Assembly (NCBI GenBank): GCA_964440955.1
Contig: CAYTTP010000003.1
Span: 1-56,332 of the forward strand
Length of the DNA: 56,332 nucleotides
Direction: 5' to 3'
DNA from: an uncultured Candidatus Saccharibacteria bacterium
GTDB taxonomy: Bacteria > Patescibacteriota > Minisyncoccia > Phycocordibacterales > WO2-35-19
Positions 28,131-36,587 of the stretch are shown here, one piece after another (position 1 is the first letter of the stretch; each line of letters starts with the position of its first letter). The notes under the pieces are model-generated. The model was given only the letters and a program-made list of their open reading frames with translations. It searched no databases and had not been told where the DNA came from. The translations under genes were made by a program, and so were the position numbers.

Positions 28131-28535
28131 ATGTCCAGTATCTCGAATAGAGAAATGACATTTGTTGTAGCTGTTCTGTACTCTTTGCCCGAAAAGTGGC
28201 GAGGGGTTGGCCGTTCTTTCTCGTTTGAGGATGTGCAAGATAGGCTACATCTTGCTTGGCATAGACTCTATCAAGAAGGATTGCTTGGGGAGTTTGGTGA
28301 ATCGTTTTCTTTTGACGCTCTTTGTGGCTCAGACAGTCTTGGGCAAGCACTTCGCACAGCTGCGGTAGATGGGCTCATAAGGATCGGTGGCTCTGATATG
28401 GCTTATCATGTTGATGTCCTGAAGCCTGACCAAATTGATCGTATGTTAGAGTCGTGCGTAATAGACCGAAGTGCCGTGACTACTGCTGTCAAACGTCTCG
28501 AAGCTATTCTCGAAGAGAAACCCTCCCCGGCTTAG
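28131..28535 (+). CDS. hypothetical small acidic protein downstream of the RT (candidate retron accessory/effector)
   Basis: 134-aa ORF with strong GGAGGAGGTG ribosome-binding site, 75 nt after the RT stop; no recognisable family. Confidence 0.45.
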   Translation: MSSISNREMTFVVAVLYSLPEKWRGVGRSFSFEDVQDRLHLAWHRLYQEGLLGEFGESFSFDALCGSDSLGQALRTAAVDGLIRIGGSDMAYHVDVLKPDQIDRMLESCVIDRSAVTTAVKRLEAILEEKPSPA

Positions 28536-28597
28536 AGTCGGGGAGTTTGGTTTGTAATAAACTAAAAATCTGTTAAAATCTCAAAAGTAATAATATT

Positions 28598-28681
28598 GCG
28601 TCGGTGGTAGAGTGGTCAATTACAACAGACTGTAAATCTGTCGCCCATTGGGCTACGCAGGTTCGAATCCTGCCCGGCGCA
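28598..28681 (+). tRNA. tRNA-Tyr (anticodon GTA)
   Basis: Acceptor gcgtcgg/ccggcgc, anticodon arm acaga-ctgtaaa-tctgt, long variable arm cgcccattgggctac, T-arm gcagg-ttcgaat-cctgc; no encoded CCA. Confidence 0.8.
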
Positions 28682-28872
28682 CAAAATAAAACCCAGCTTC
28701 TGCTGGTGTTTTATTTTGTGCGCCGGAAGTGCAGCTTTGTGTAGCAAAGCGTAGCACGGATTCGAAAGGCGGAAGAAATTTTTTAGCAAAAAAATTTCTG
28801 AGCCGGGGTCGCGAGCGATTTTGCTTGACTGAAGCAAAATCGACTTGTGACCGAATCCTGCCCGGCGCACCA
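28682..28872 (+). repeat. tRNA-associated repeat unit (Tyr locus) ending in a copy of the tRNA-Tyr 3' end with CCA
   Basis: Long hairpin gcgcacaaaataaaacccagc/gctggtgttttattttgtgcgc, then ...gagccggggtcgcgagcg-gattttgc..gcaaaatc-gacttgtgacc followed by cgaatcctgcccggcgcaCCA (28852-28872). The gene itself reads ...ggcgcaCAA. Confidence 0.65.
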
Positions 28873-29285
28873 CTTCGCTCTGTTATCACAGAGCTTCGCG
28901 GTGCAAGCACAAAAAGATCCCCAGAGATGGTGGTATTTTTGTTATAATTAAGCGAAGTGGTCCCGCGGAGCTAAACCCAGCAAAGCTTTAGCGAAGTTGG
29001 GTAGCGGAGTGGGGCACAAATAAAATTATATGAAAAAGACGCCTTGAGAGGCGTCTGGATGAGGGTGGGGAGTCAGGCTGCCGCAGGACGCGGATTATCC
29101 TATTCTCATAGGACAGACCGCTATTTGCCTATCTCTACCCACCCTCAAGCGGTGAGGATGAAGAGAGCTTCACGCAGGGCGCTTGCGCTGGCACCTGTGT
29201 GGGGTGGGTTGCTCAATCTCCATCCTCACGCATTTACTATTATAGCAAATGTTTGATTGCCTGTCAATAAATTTCAGTGGAAAGA

Positions 29286-30584
29286 TTATTTACCAATCAG
29301 GGCTTCACTCCATTTGTAAATATTGCCCGCACCCATAAGGACGATGCAGAGAGGTTTATCTGATTTTATCGTTTCTATTTCTCGTTTTAGTTCCCCAGCA
29401 TTTTCTACTGTATTAGCTTCAGTATGTTTATTGACTGCTTCAGCAAGGGTTTGGTTCGTCACTACACCTGTGGCATTTTCCTTATTTATATATATAGGCG
29501 CAATGAAAACTTTGTCGGCAATTTTTAGCGATTCGACAAAATCGTCAAAAAACATTTTGGTTCGGAGTTCTTGATGTGGTTCGAAAACACAGACAAGGGT
29601 GTGTTCTGGGTATTCCCCCTTTAGAGCTGAAAGGGAAGCGGTGATTTCGGTTGGGTGGTGAGCATAATCCGTATAAAAAATATTTCCATCTTTTTCGTCT
29701 ACCTTTTCGAGTCTTCTCCATGTGCCTCTAAAATCTTTTAGAGCATTTTCTGATTTTTCTTTTGGGATGTTTAAACTTTCAGTTGCCGTAATAGATGCTT
29801 TGGCGTCTAAGATATTGTGCTTCCCTGGTACTAAGAGTTTTATATTCAAATCATTTTTTGTGTAATCCAAAACTTTAGCTTGAACATTTTTCAAAACTGG
29901 TTCGATGTTTGGGTGGTTGGGGTCGGTCACGATAAACCCATCTCGACCAACTTTTTGGGCTATTTCTTCAAAAGCATTTTGAATGTCGGCAAGGTCTTTG
30001 TAATAGTCGAGGTGATCAGCTTCAATATTGGTGATCACTAAAATAGAAGGGGAGAGATTTAAAAATGATCTTTTATATTCACATGCCTCGACGACCAGAT
30101 ATTTTGATTTGCCAGCGACGAAGTTTGTGTATTCTTGGGCCTTTGAATCAATCATTTTCGAACCAACAACGATAGTCGGGTCGAAGCCTGCTTCTTGGAG
30201 AATGTGGCCGATCATGGCAGTGGTCGTCGTTTTGCCGTGAGTGCCAGCTATCGCGATTGTATACATTTGCTTTGAAAGTTCTCCTAAAGCTTGAGGATAG
30301 GTGATACAAGTAAGACCTCGTTTGCGAGCCTCGATAAGCTCTGGATTTTCCTCTGTTATCGCTACGGTATAGATGACAATCTCGACATTATTACCAATAT
30401 TTTCGGGCCTTTGACCGATCATAATTTCAACTCCTATTTTTTGGAGTGCCTCGGTTATTTCTGAAGCAGAATTATCCGAGCCGGCTACCTTTTTGCCTTG
30501 CAAGACAAGCATTTTGGCGATGGCTGAAATCCCAATCCCGCCAATGCCTATAAAGTGATAGTTGTTTTTTGAAAAGATATCCAC
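29286..30584 (-). CDS. murC: UDP-N-acetylmuramate--L-alanine ligase
   Basis: FIGIGGIGISAIA, AIAGTHGKTTTTAMI, Mur ligase central and C-terminal domains. Confidence 0.9.
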   Translation of the reverse strand: MDIFSKNNYHFIGIGGIGISAIAKMLVLQGKKVAGSDNSASEITEALQKIGVEIMIGQRPENIGNNVEIVIYTVAITEENPELIEARKRGLTCITYPQALGELSKQMYTIAIAGTHGKTTTTAMIGHILQEAGFDPTIVVGSKMIDSKAQEYTNFVAGKSKYLVVEACEYKRSFLNLSPSILVITNIEADHLDYYKDLADIQNAFEEIAQKVGRDGFIVTDPNHPNIEPVLKNVQAKVLDYTKNDLNIKLLVPGKHNILDAKASITATESLNIPKEKSENALKDFRGTWRRLEKVDEKDGNIFYTDYAHHPTEITASLSALKGEYPEHTLVCVFEPHQELRTKMFFDDFVESLKIADKVFIAPIYINKENATGVVTNQTLAEAVNKHTEANTVENAGELKREIETIKSDKPLCIVLMGAGNIYKWSEALIGK

Positions 30585-30629
30585 TGCACAATTATTACAT
30601 ATGTGATATAAAAATTGTAGGAGGTCACA

Positions 30630-30856
30630 TGTTTGAACCTGATACCTGTGTCCGGCTTAAGGAGCGTGGTTCGGACGAGTTTTCTACAAGACTTTTGGAT
30701 GGTTGGAGAAAGGCGTATGCTCATCTTGAACCGTTTTTCGTCCATCAACATCCCGATTCGGAACATGTTTCAATCAGGGGTGCAGATGGGCAGATTATCC
30801 ACTTTGGTAGTGTGGAATGTCCATTACTCCATATCTCGTTTATCGAGGTAGTCTGA
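30630..30856 (+). CDS. hypothetical small protein
   Basis: 75-aa ORF after a GTAGGAGGT ribosome-binding site; hairpin terminator follows. Confidence 0.35.
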
Positions 30857-30902
30857 TGGTCTCTTTCAAAAGACTGGCGGTCATCTAGGTGGCCGCCAAT
30901 TT

Positions 30903-31952
30903 TTATTCCACCAGATTTACTTCGCGCTCGAGGGTAATGCCGAATTTTTTATATACGCTATCGCTGATATATTTTTGAGCTTTGAGTAAGTCTTTAAATG
31001 AAGCCTTGTTTGGATTGGTGAGGACTAGGGCGTTATTTTTGTAAATAACAATATTTGAAATCGTTTTACCTTTGAGGCCTAAACTATCAATCAAAAAACC
31101 TGCCGGCACCTTGGTACCCTCTTCTGATTCAAAAAGTGGCAGGGTGGGGAATTTTTGTTTTAATTTTTTGGCTGACAATTTTGAGATAAACGGGTTTTTA
31201 AAAAACGAGCCACAGTTTGGGATTATTTTTGGGTCGGGTAGTTTGTGAGCACGTATTTTTATAATAGCTTTTCGTATTTGTTTTAAATTTGGAGACGTGA
31301 TGCCTTGCTCCGCAAAATAGTTTTGAACATCTTTATAATTTGGTATTTTTACATTATTGATATGATCCCCCTTCGCTTTGTTTCGGCGTGGCAAGTTGTG
31401 AGTAGGGTGTAATTTGAAAGTGACATAAGTGATAACCCATCTTTTTGGGTATTTTTTAAAAATACTATTTCGATAACTAAATTGGCAGTCCTTGTTTTTA
31501 AGGGTGACCCATTTTTTTGTTTTTGTATCATAAGCTTCGACCAAAACAATTGTATCTTTTACTTCGCTTCCATAGGCACCAATATTTTGAATAGGGGAAG
31601 CACCAACCGTACCAGGGATAGCGGAGAGTGCTTCAATACCAGAAAGATTTTTGGAAACGGTGAATTTCACGAACTTATCCCAATTTTCTCCAGCTCCTAC
31701 TCTGATCATTGTTGATTTTGAGTTTGTCTGCCTAACCTCCACTCCTCGTATTTTTATAAGGCCGATTATATAAGGAAGTGAGGTATCGGAAAATATACTA
31801 TTGCTTCCCCCTCCTAAAATGATAGTTTTGTTTTTGTCCGATCTTTCTACAAATCTTTCTATATCACTCTTTGTTCTTAAAATAGATAGAGACAGAGCTT
31901 TGCCCCCGATCCGCATAGTACTCAAATGACGCGTTTCCACAGTTTTTTTCAT
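30903..31952 (-). CDS. murB: UDP-N-acetylenolpyruvoylglucosamine reductase
   Basis: FAD-binding region RIGGKALSLSIL...ILGGGSNSIFSD and the MurB C-terminal domain. Confidence 0.8.
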   Translation of the reverse strand: MKKTVETRHLSTMRIGGKALSLSILRTKSDIERFVERSDKNKTIILGGGSNSIFSDTSLPYIIGLIKIRGVEVRQTNSKSTMIRVGAGENWDKFVKFTVSKNLSGIEALSAIPGTVGASPIQNIGAYGSEVKDTIVLVEAYDTKTKKWVTLKNKDCQFSYRNSIFKKYPKRWVITYVTFKLHPTHNLPRRNKAKGDHINNVKIPNYKDVQNYFAEQGITSPNLKQIRKAIIKIRAHKLPDPKIIPNCGSFFKNPFISKLSAKKLKQKFPTLPLFESEEGTKVPAGFLIDSLGLKGKTISNIVIYKNNALVLTNPNKASFKDLLKAQKYISDSVYKKFGITLEREVNLVE

Positions 31953-31986
31953 ATAAAAATTATATCACATATGATATATTACCAAT

Positions 31987-33495
31987 ATGAGCAATCAACA
32001 ACGCATAGGGGCACTTATCAAAAGTCTTAGGGAAAGGAGAGGTCTCACTCAGCAGGAATTTGCAAAACACCTTAAGACTTCACAGAGTGCGGTAGCGCGA
32101 ATGGAAAGTGGTAATCAAAATTTTACTTCTAAAGAAATAGAGAAAATAAGTGAGGCATTAGATCGCAAGATAATAGCTCTCGATGAAAGTATCGATTTTA
32201 AGATTGAGGGTGGGTATCGTCTTAAAGGTTCTGTTGATACAAACCCATCTAAAAATGGTGCGTTGGGTTTGCTTTGTGCTTCTCTTTTAAACAAATCAAA
32301 GACTACACTTCATGGTATTCCAAAGATTGAGGAAGTTTTTCGTTTGATCGAGGTTTTTAAGAGTATTGGCATTTCTGTCTCTTGGGTTGGTCCTCAATCA
32401 TTAGAAATAATTCCTCCAAAAAAATTTAGTATAAAAAATATAAATAATAAATCTGCTGGCAAAATACGCTCAGTCCTCATGATGATTGGTGCCTTGATTC
32501 ATCACGAAAAGGAGTTTCGCATACCACATGCTGGTGGTTGCAAAATGGGCGAGCGAACAATAGAAGCTCATCGGCACGGACTCAACTCACTCGGTGTTTC
32601 TATTATGACAGGTGAAGATTCTTATAAAATTTCTAGTGGTAAATTGTCCGCTACTCCTATTGTCATGTATGAATCAAGTGATACCGCGACAGAAAACATT
32701 TTGATAGCTGCCTCACTTATACCTGGCAAAACAGTCATTGAATTTGCTCCGCCAAATTACCAAGTACAGGAAGTTTGTTTTTTCTTGGAGACTTGCGGAG
32801 TAAAGATTGAAGGTATCGGTACAACCACGCTTACTGTACATGGTGTGTCTCAAATAGATAGACCGATCGAGTATCACAATAGCGAAGACCCGATTGAATC
32901 GATGATGTTTATCTCGGCTGGTATCACTACTAATTCGACGCTTACTATAAAGAGATGCCCCTATGATTTTTTGAAATTGGAAATGCTCAAACTAAAGAAG
33001 ATGGGGTTGAAGTACAAAATGAGTAAGCAATATTTTTCGCACAACGGTCGAACAAAACTTGTTGATATAACGGTCTACCCATCAAAGCTAGTGGCTCCAA
33101 GTGATAAGATACATGCTCAACCATACCCAGGTATAAACTCTGACAACCTTCCGTTTTTTGTACCGATTGCTACTCAAGCAGAAGGGCGCACTCTCATCCA
33201 TGATTGGATGTGGGAAAATAGAGCTATCTATTTTACTGAAATCAATAAACTTGGAGGTTCAGTAGCGCTCGCTGATCCACATAGGGTATTTGTAAACGGA
33301 CCAACCAAACTTTCAGGTACTCAAGTAGTTTGTCCACCGGCACTACGTCCAGCAATGATTATTTTGATTGCAATGCTTTCAGCTAAGGGGACATCGATCC
33401 TTCGAAATGTATACTCGATTTATCGTGGTTATGAGGAAATAGCAGAGCGTCTCAACGCTCTCGGTGCTAAAATACAAGTAATAAAAGGAATGTAA
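31987..33495 (+). CDS. murA: UDP-N-acetylglucosamine 1-carboxyvinyltransferase fused to an N-terminal XRE-type helix-turn-helix domain
   Basis: Residues 1-60 ALIKSLRERRGLTQQEFAKHLKTSQSAVARMESG form an HTH_3 domain; the remainder is MurA (IEGGYRLKGSVDTNPSKNGALGLLCASLL ... C-terminal EPT fold). Confidence 0.8.
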   Translation: MSNQQRIGALIKSLRERRGLTQQEFAKHLKTSQSAVARMESGNQNFTSKEIEKISEALDRKIIALDESIDFKIEGGYRLKGSVDTNPSKNGALGLLCASLLNKSKTTLHGIPKIEEVFRLIEVFKSIGISVSWVGPQSLEIIPPKKFSIKNINNKSAGKIRSVLMMIGALIHHEKEFRIPHAGGCKMGERTIEAHRHGLNSLGVSIMTGEDSYKISSGKLSATPIVMYESSDTATENILIAASLIPGKTVIEFAPPNYQVQEVCFFLETCGVKIEGIGTTTLTVHGVSQIDRPIEYHNSEDPIESMMFISAGITTNSTLTIKRCPYDFLKLEMLKLKKMGLKYKMSKQYFSHNGRTKLVDITVYPSKLVAPSDKIHAQPYPGINSDNLPFFVPIATQAEGRTLIHDWMWENRAIYFTEINKLGGSVALADPHRVFVNGPTKLSGTQVVCPPALRPAMIILIAMLSAKGTSILRNVYSIYRGYEEIAERLNALGAKIQVIKGM

Positions 33496-34871
33496 TGGAT
33501 ATTAAAGGTAAAAAAGTGTTATTGATGGGATTGGGGATTTTAGGTGGCGGAGTAGCGACTGCGCGATTTTTAGTAGAGCAGGGAGCTATACTCACTGTGA
33601 CTGATATGAAAGATGCAAATTATCTTGCGTCATCACTTGAAAAACTCTCTGATCTAAAAGAGAAAATAAAGTGGGTGCTTGGCGAACACAGGGAGGAAGA
33701 TTTTTTAGAGTGCGACATACTTGTCATCAACCCAGACGTACCAGCCTCAAACCCGTTTGTCGAAAAGGCGAGACAGGCCGGCAAACCAATCGAAAATGAA
33801 TTGACTTTGTTTTTCAAATTTTCTCCATGCAAAAGCATTATCGCGATCACTGGTACTCGTGGCAAGACAACAACGACCAATTGGACCGGACACATTTTGA
33901 AAGAAGCGGGGATTGATGCACGGGTGATCGGTAATGATCCGGAGAGACCATTTCTTTCGGAAATCAAAAAATGCACCAAAGATACAGTCGCGGTTATTGA
34001 AACTCCTTCTTTTCAACTTGAAATATTTGGTGAGTCTGGTTGCGCTCCTCACATCGCAGTCATCACCAACCTCTATCAAGACCATTTGAGTCGCCACAAA
34101 ACAATGGAAGAATATGCGCTTGCTAAGGCCAATATTTTTAAAAATCAGAAACCTGGTGACTATTTATTGCTCGATGATTATTTTGATGAATGGACTCAGT
34201 TTTTTATCTCTAAAAGTTCGGCGACGGTCCATCATTATGCTGATTTTTCTATCATCGGTTTTGACGCTCGTGGTTTTGCCGAGAAGTATGGTCGTCATAA
34301 TTTGAAGAACCTGCGCGCTGCTATTTCCGCATGTCATTTTTTTGGATTGACTCTTGAACAAATACTTCCGGCTATTGAGACATTGCCATTCATTCACTGG
34401 AGGCAGGAGCTTGTGTACGAGAGCGATAAACTAAAAATTTATAACGACACTGCAGCCACTTCCCCTGAAGCTTCGATGGTAGCTATAGAGCGCTTTCATA
34501 CTGAAAAGCAAAAGTCGGCTATCCCCTCGCTTGGACGTTTTTTCCCTGATCTTAATAACATGATCCTTATTTGTGGCGGAACTGATCGCGAGCTTGAGTT
34601 TAAAGGTTGGGCGCAAACAGTCAAAAAATATCTAAAACCAGAACAAGTAGTTTTTCTTTCTGGTAGTGCGACCGAAAAAATGAAAAAAGAACTGGAGTGG
34701 GAAAGTTATAATGAACACGACACGCTCGAGCAATGTTTTAAAAGCGCTCTTGACTTAGCTTCTAGGGGCAGGTCGGTGATCGTGTTCTCCCCTGGAGCAA
34801 AAAGTTTTGAAAAATTCAAAAATGAGTTTGATCGAGGCGAAAAGTTTAATGAACTCGTAAAGATGTTATAA
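33495..34871 (+). CDS. murD: UDP-N-acetylmuramoylalanine--D-glutamate ligase
   Basis: GLGILGGGVATARFL, ITGTRGKTTTT, Mur ligase domains; start overlaps the murA stop (ATGA). Confidence 0.85.
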   Translation: MDIKGKKVLLMGLGILGGGVATARFLVEQGAILTVTDMKDANYLASSLEKLSDLKEKIKWVLGEHREEDFLECDILVINPDVPASNPFVEKARQAGKPIENELTLFFKFSPCKSIIAITGTRGKTTTTNWTGHILKEAGIDARVIGNDPERPFLSEIKKCTKDTVAVIETPSFQLEIFGESGCAPHIAVITNLYQDHLSRHKTMEEYALAKANIFKNQKPGDYLLLDDYFDEWTQFFISKSSATVHHYADFSIIGFDARGFAEKYGRHNLKNLRAAISACHFFGLTLEQILPAIETLPFIHWRQELVYESDKLKIYNDTAATSPEASMVAIERFHTEKQKSAIPSLGRFFPDLNNMILICGGTDRELEFKGWAQTVKKYLKPEQVVFLSGSATEKMKKELEWESYNEHDTLEQCFKSALDLASRGRSVIVFSPGAKSFEKFKNEFDRGEKFNELVKML

Positions 34872-34882
34872 TCCCAATTGTT

Positions 34883-35725
34883 ATGCAACAATACTGCTTT
34901 TTTAATGGCAAAATCGTACCAATAGAGGAGGCGAAAGTCTCTGTTTTGGACATTGGGCTTTTGCGAGGTTATGGTATTTATGATGGTATCCCAAGCTTCA
35001 ATGGTAAACCATTTCGTTTTGCTGATCATTGGAGCAGGTTTGTCGCTGGGGCACATACGCTCAATTTGAACATCCCGATCACTGAAGAGAAGGCAGAAAA
35101 AGTAGTGATTGAGTTGCTTGAAAAAAACGGAATGACTGAGAGAGCTAACGTGCGTTTTATTTTGACTGGTGGCGACACGATAAGTGGTATTGAATATGAT
35201 TTTGAAAAGCCTACATTCTACATAATCACTGAAAGATGGGAGAAGCTTCCAGAGGAAGTGTATAGCGAAGGTGCCAAACTTATCACCTACCGTCACGTAC
35301 GAGAGTTACCAGAATCAAAAACTATCAATTATATTCGCGCTGTCAATTTGCAAAATTTTAAAAAAGAGGAGAAGGCTCTCGAGATCCTGTATACCTACGA
35401 TGGCGAGGTGCTTGAGTGCGCGACTAGCAATGTTTTTCTTGTAAAGAACAAAAAAATCATCACTCCGGCCGAAAATGTTTTGAAGGGTATCACTCGCAGG
35501 GTTGTGCTCGAAATTGCTTCCGATACTTACGAAGTCGAGGAAAGGATAGTACATGAAAGTGAGCTCAAAGAGGCTGATGAGGTATTTATTACTTCCTCAT
35601 TTAAAGATATAGTCCCGATAGTCAAAATAGACGATATGGTGGTCGCAAATGGAGAGGTGGGAAGTGTCACTAAAGACATAATGTTTCGGTATAGACGAGT
35701 CATTCAAAACGTTCCCCTCGCTTAG
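34883..35725 (+). CDS. class IV aminotransferase (D-amino-acid / branched-chain aminotransferase family)
   Basis: 280 aa; fold-type IV PLP enzyme signatures (FNGKIVPIEEAKVSVLDIGLLRGYGIYD..., catalytic Lys region); sits in the mur cluster. Confidence 0.6.
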   Translation: MQQYCFFNGKIVPIEEAKVSVLDIGLLRGYGIYDGIPSFNGKPFRFADHWSRFVAGAHTLNLNIPITEEKAEKVVIELLEKNGMTERANVRFILTGGDTISGIEYDFEKPTFYIITERWEKLPEEVYSEGAKLITYRHVRELPESKTINYIRAVNLQNFKKEEKALEILYTYDGEVLECATSNVFLVKNKKIITPAENVLKGITRRVVLEIASDTYEVEERIVHESELKEADEVFITSSFKDIVPIVKIDDMVVANGEVGSVTKDIMFRYRRVIQNVPLA

Positions 35726-35896
35726 CACACATAATTTTCTGCTGAAAATTTGTTCTGCTCGGTGCACCTGCGCAAGGCACGCTCGGGGAAGTTTCTGAAT
35801 GGCTCGTCCCTCATTGCAAATAATTAGCTTTGTGTTATTATTGGCTCTGTCCTAAATGGTATCTTAATTTTCAATCTTTAATTCTAAATTCAAAAA

Positions 35897-36052
35897 ATGT
35901 CCCAAGACCAACTTATAAAATTGATGCATAAGGCGACTGGCGAGATCTACTGGACCCGCAAAAACAAGCGAAAAGTAGAGCGCAAGATCGAGCTCAAAAA
36001 ATACAGCAAAAAGCTCCGCAAACGAGTGGTTTTTAAAGAAATCAAGAAGTAG
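35897..36052 (+). CDS. rpmG: 50S ribosomal protein L33
   Basis: 51-aa ORF (below the ORF-track cutoff): MSQDQLIKLMHKATGEIYWTRKNKRKVERKIELKKYSKKLRKRVVFKEIKK; terminator hairpin follows. Confidence 0.7.
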   Translation: MSQDQLIKLMHKATGEIYWTRKNKRKVERKIELKKYSKKLRKRVVFKEIKK

Positions 36053-36057
36053 TCGCA

Positions 36058-36088
36058 ACAAAAACTGGCTCATCGAGCCAGTTTTTGT
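36058..36088 (+). terminator. rho-independent terminator
   Basis: aaaaactggctc-atc-gagccagttttt. Confidence 0.6.
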
Positions 36089-36104
36089 TAGTATCAAGTT
36101 ACTA

Positions 36105-36205
36105 TAGGGCCTATAGTTCACCATGTCATTCGCGAATGACGTGGTCAGTGGTAGAATAGCGGTCTCCACCCCGTCGCTCGCGAGCGACAGGGTCCAAAAC
36201 CAATA
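36105..36205 (+). pseudogene. degenerate tRNA-Trp-like 5' fragment interrupted by two small palindromic insertions
   Basis: gggccta-ta-gttca[ccatgtcattcgcgaatgacgtgg]tcagtggtag-aat-agcggtctcca[ccccgtcgctcgcgagcgacagggt]ccaaaacc parallels the downstream tRNA-Trp (gggtgat-ta-gtta-agtggcat-aat-agcggtctccaaaacc) but lacks a 3' half. Confidence 0.4.
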
Positions 36206-36209
36206 CCAG

Positions 36210-36470
36210 ATGTATTACGTCTATATTCTTAAAAATTTAGAGTCTGACTACTTATACATAGGCTACAGTTGTAATCTCAGAAGGAGAATAGAAGAACATA
36301 AAAGTGGTAAGGTTTATACCACCAAGCGATTAGGTAAAAATATCGAGCTTATTTACTACGAAGCTTATAAGAGCAAAGAGGATGCGCAGGATAGGGAAAA
36401 GAGTTTTAAAAAATCTGGTTCAGTGTATAATGGCCTTATTAAAAGAATAAAGAGAAGTAGGGGTGATTAG
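36210..36470 (+). CDS. GIY-YIG family nuclease (small, YhbQ/homing-endonuclease-like)
   Basis: MYYVYILKNLESDYLYIGYSCNLRRRIEEHKSG... has the GIY-(10)-YIG ... R ... E/H motif order. ATG read from the ORF-track frame; the stop overlaps the tRNA-Trp 5' end. Confidence 0.65.
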   Translation: MYYVYILKNLESDYLYIGYSCNLRRRIEEHKSGKVYTTKRLGKNIELIYYEAYKSKEDAQDREKSFKKSGSVYNGLIKRIKRSRGD

Positions 36471-36534
36471 TTAAGTGGCATAATAGCGGTCTCCAAAACC
36501 GCGGTCGTGGGTTCGATTCCCTCATCACCCGCCA
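36461..36534 (+). tRNA. tRNA-Trp (anticodon CCA), CCA encoded
   Basis: Acceptor gggtgat/atcaccc, D-arm gtta-agtggca-taat, anticodon arm gcggt-ctccaaa-accgc, T-arm gtggg-ttcgatt-ccctc (one U-U mismatch), discriminator G then CCA. Confidence 0.65.
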
Positions 36535-36587
36535 AGTCGGGTAGCGCCCGAGACGCGTTAATGAAATACTTTTTAGGTTTTGCATAG

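Noticed and set aside
36461-36534. tRNA-Trp split by the GIY-YIG gene as a bona fide intron
   Set aside because: The upstream tRNA-like fragment has a different, non-complementary acceptor arm (gggccta versus atcaccc at the 3' end). It cannot splice to the downstream exon; the downstream copy is a complete tRNA on its own.
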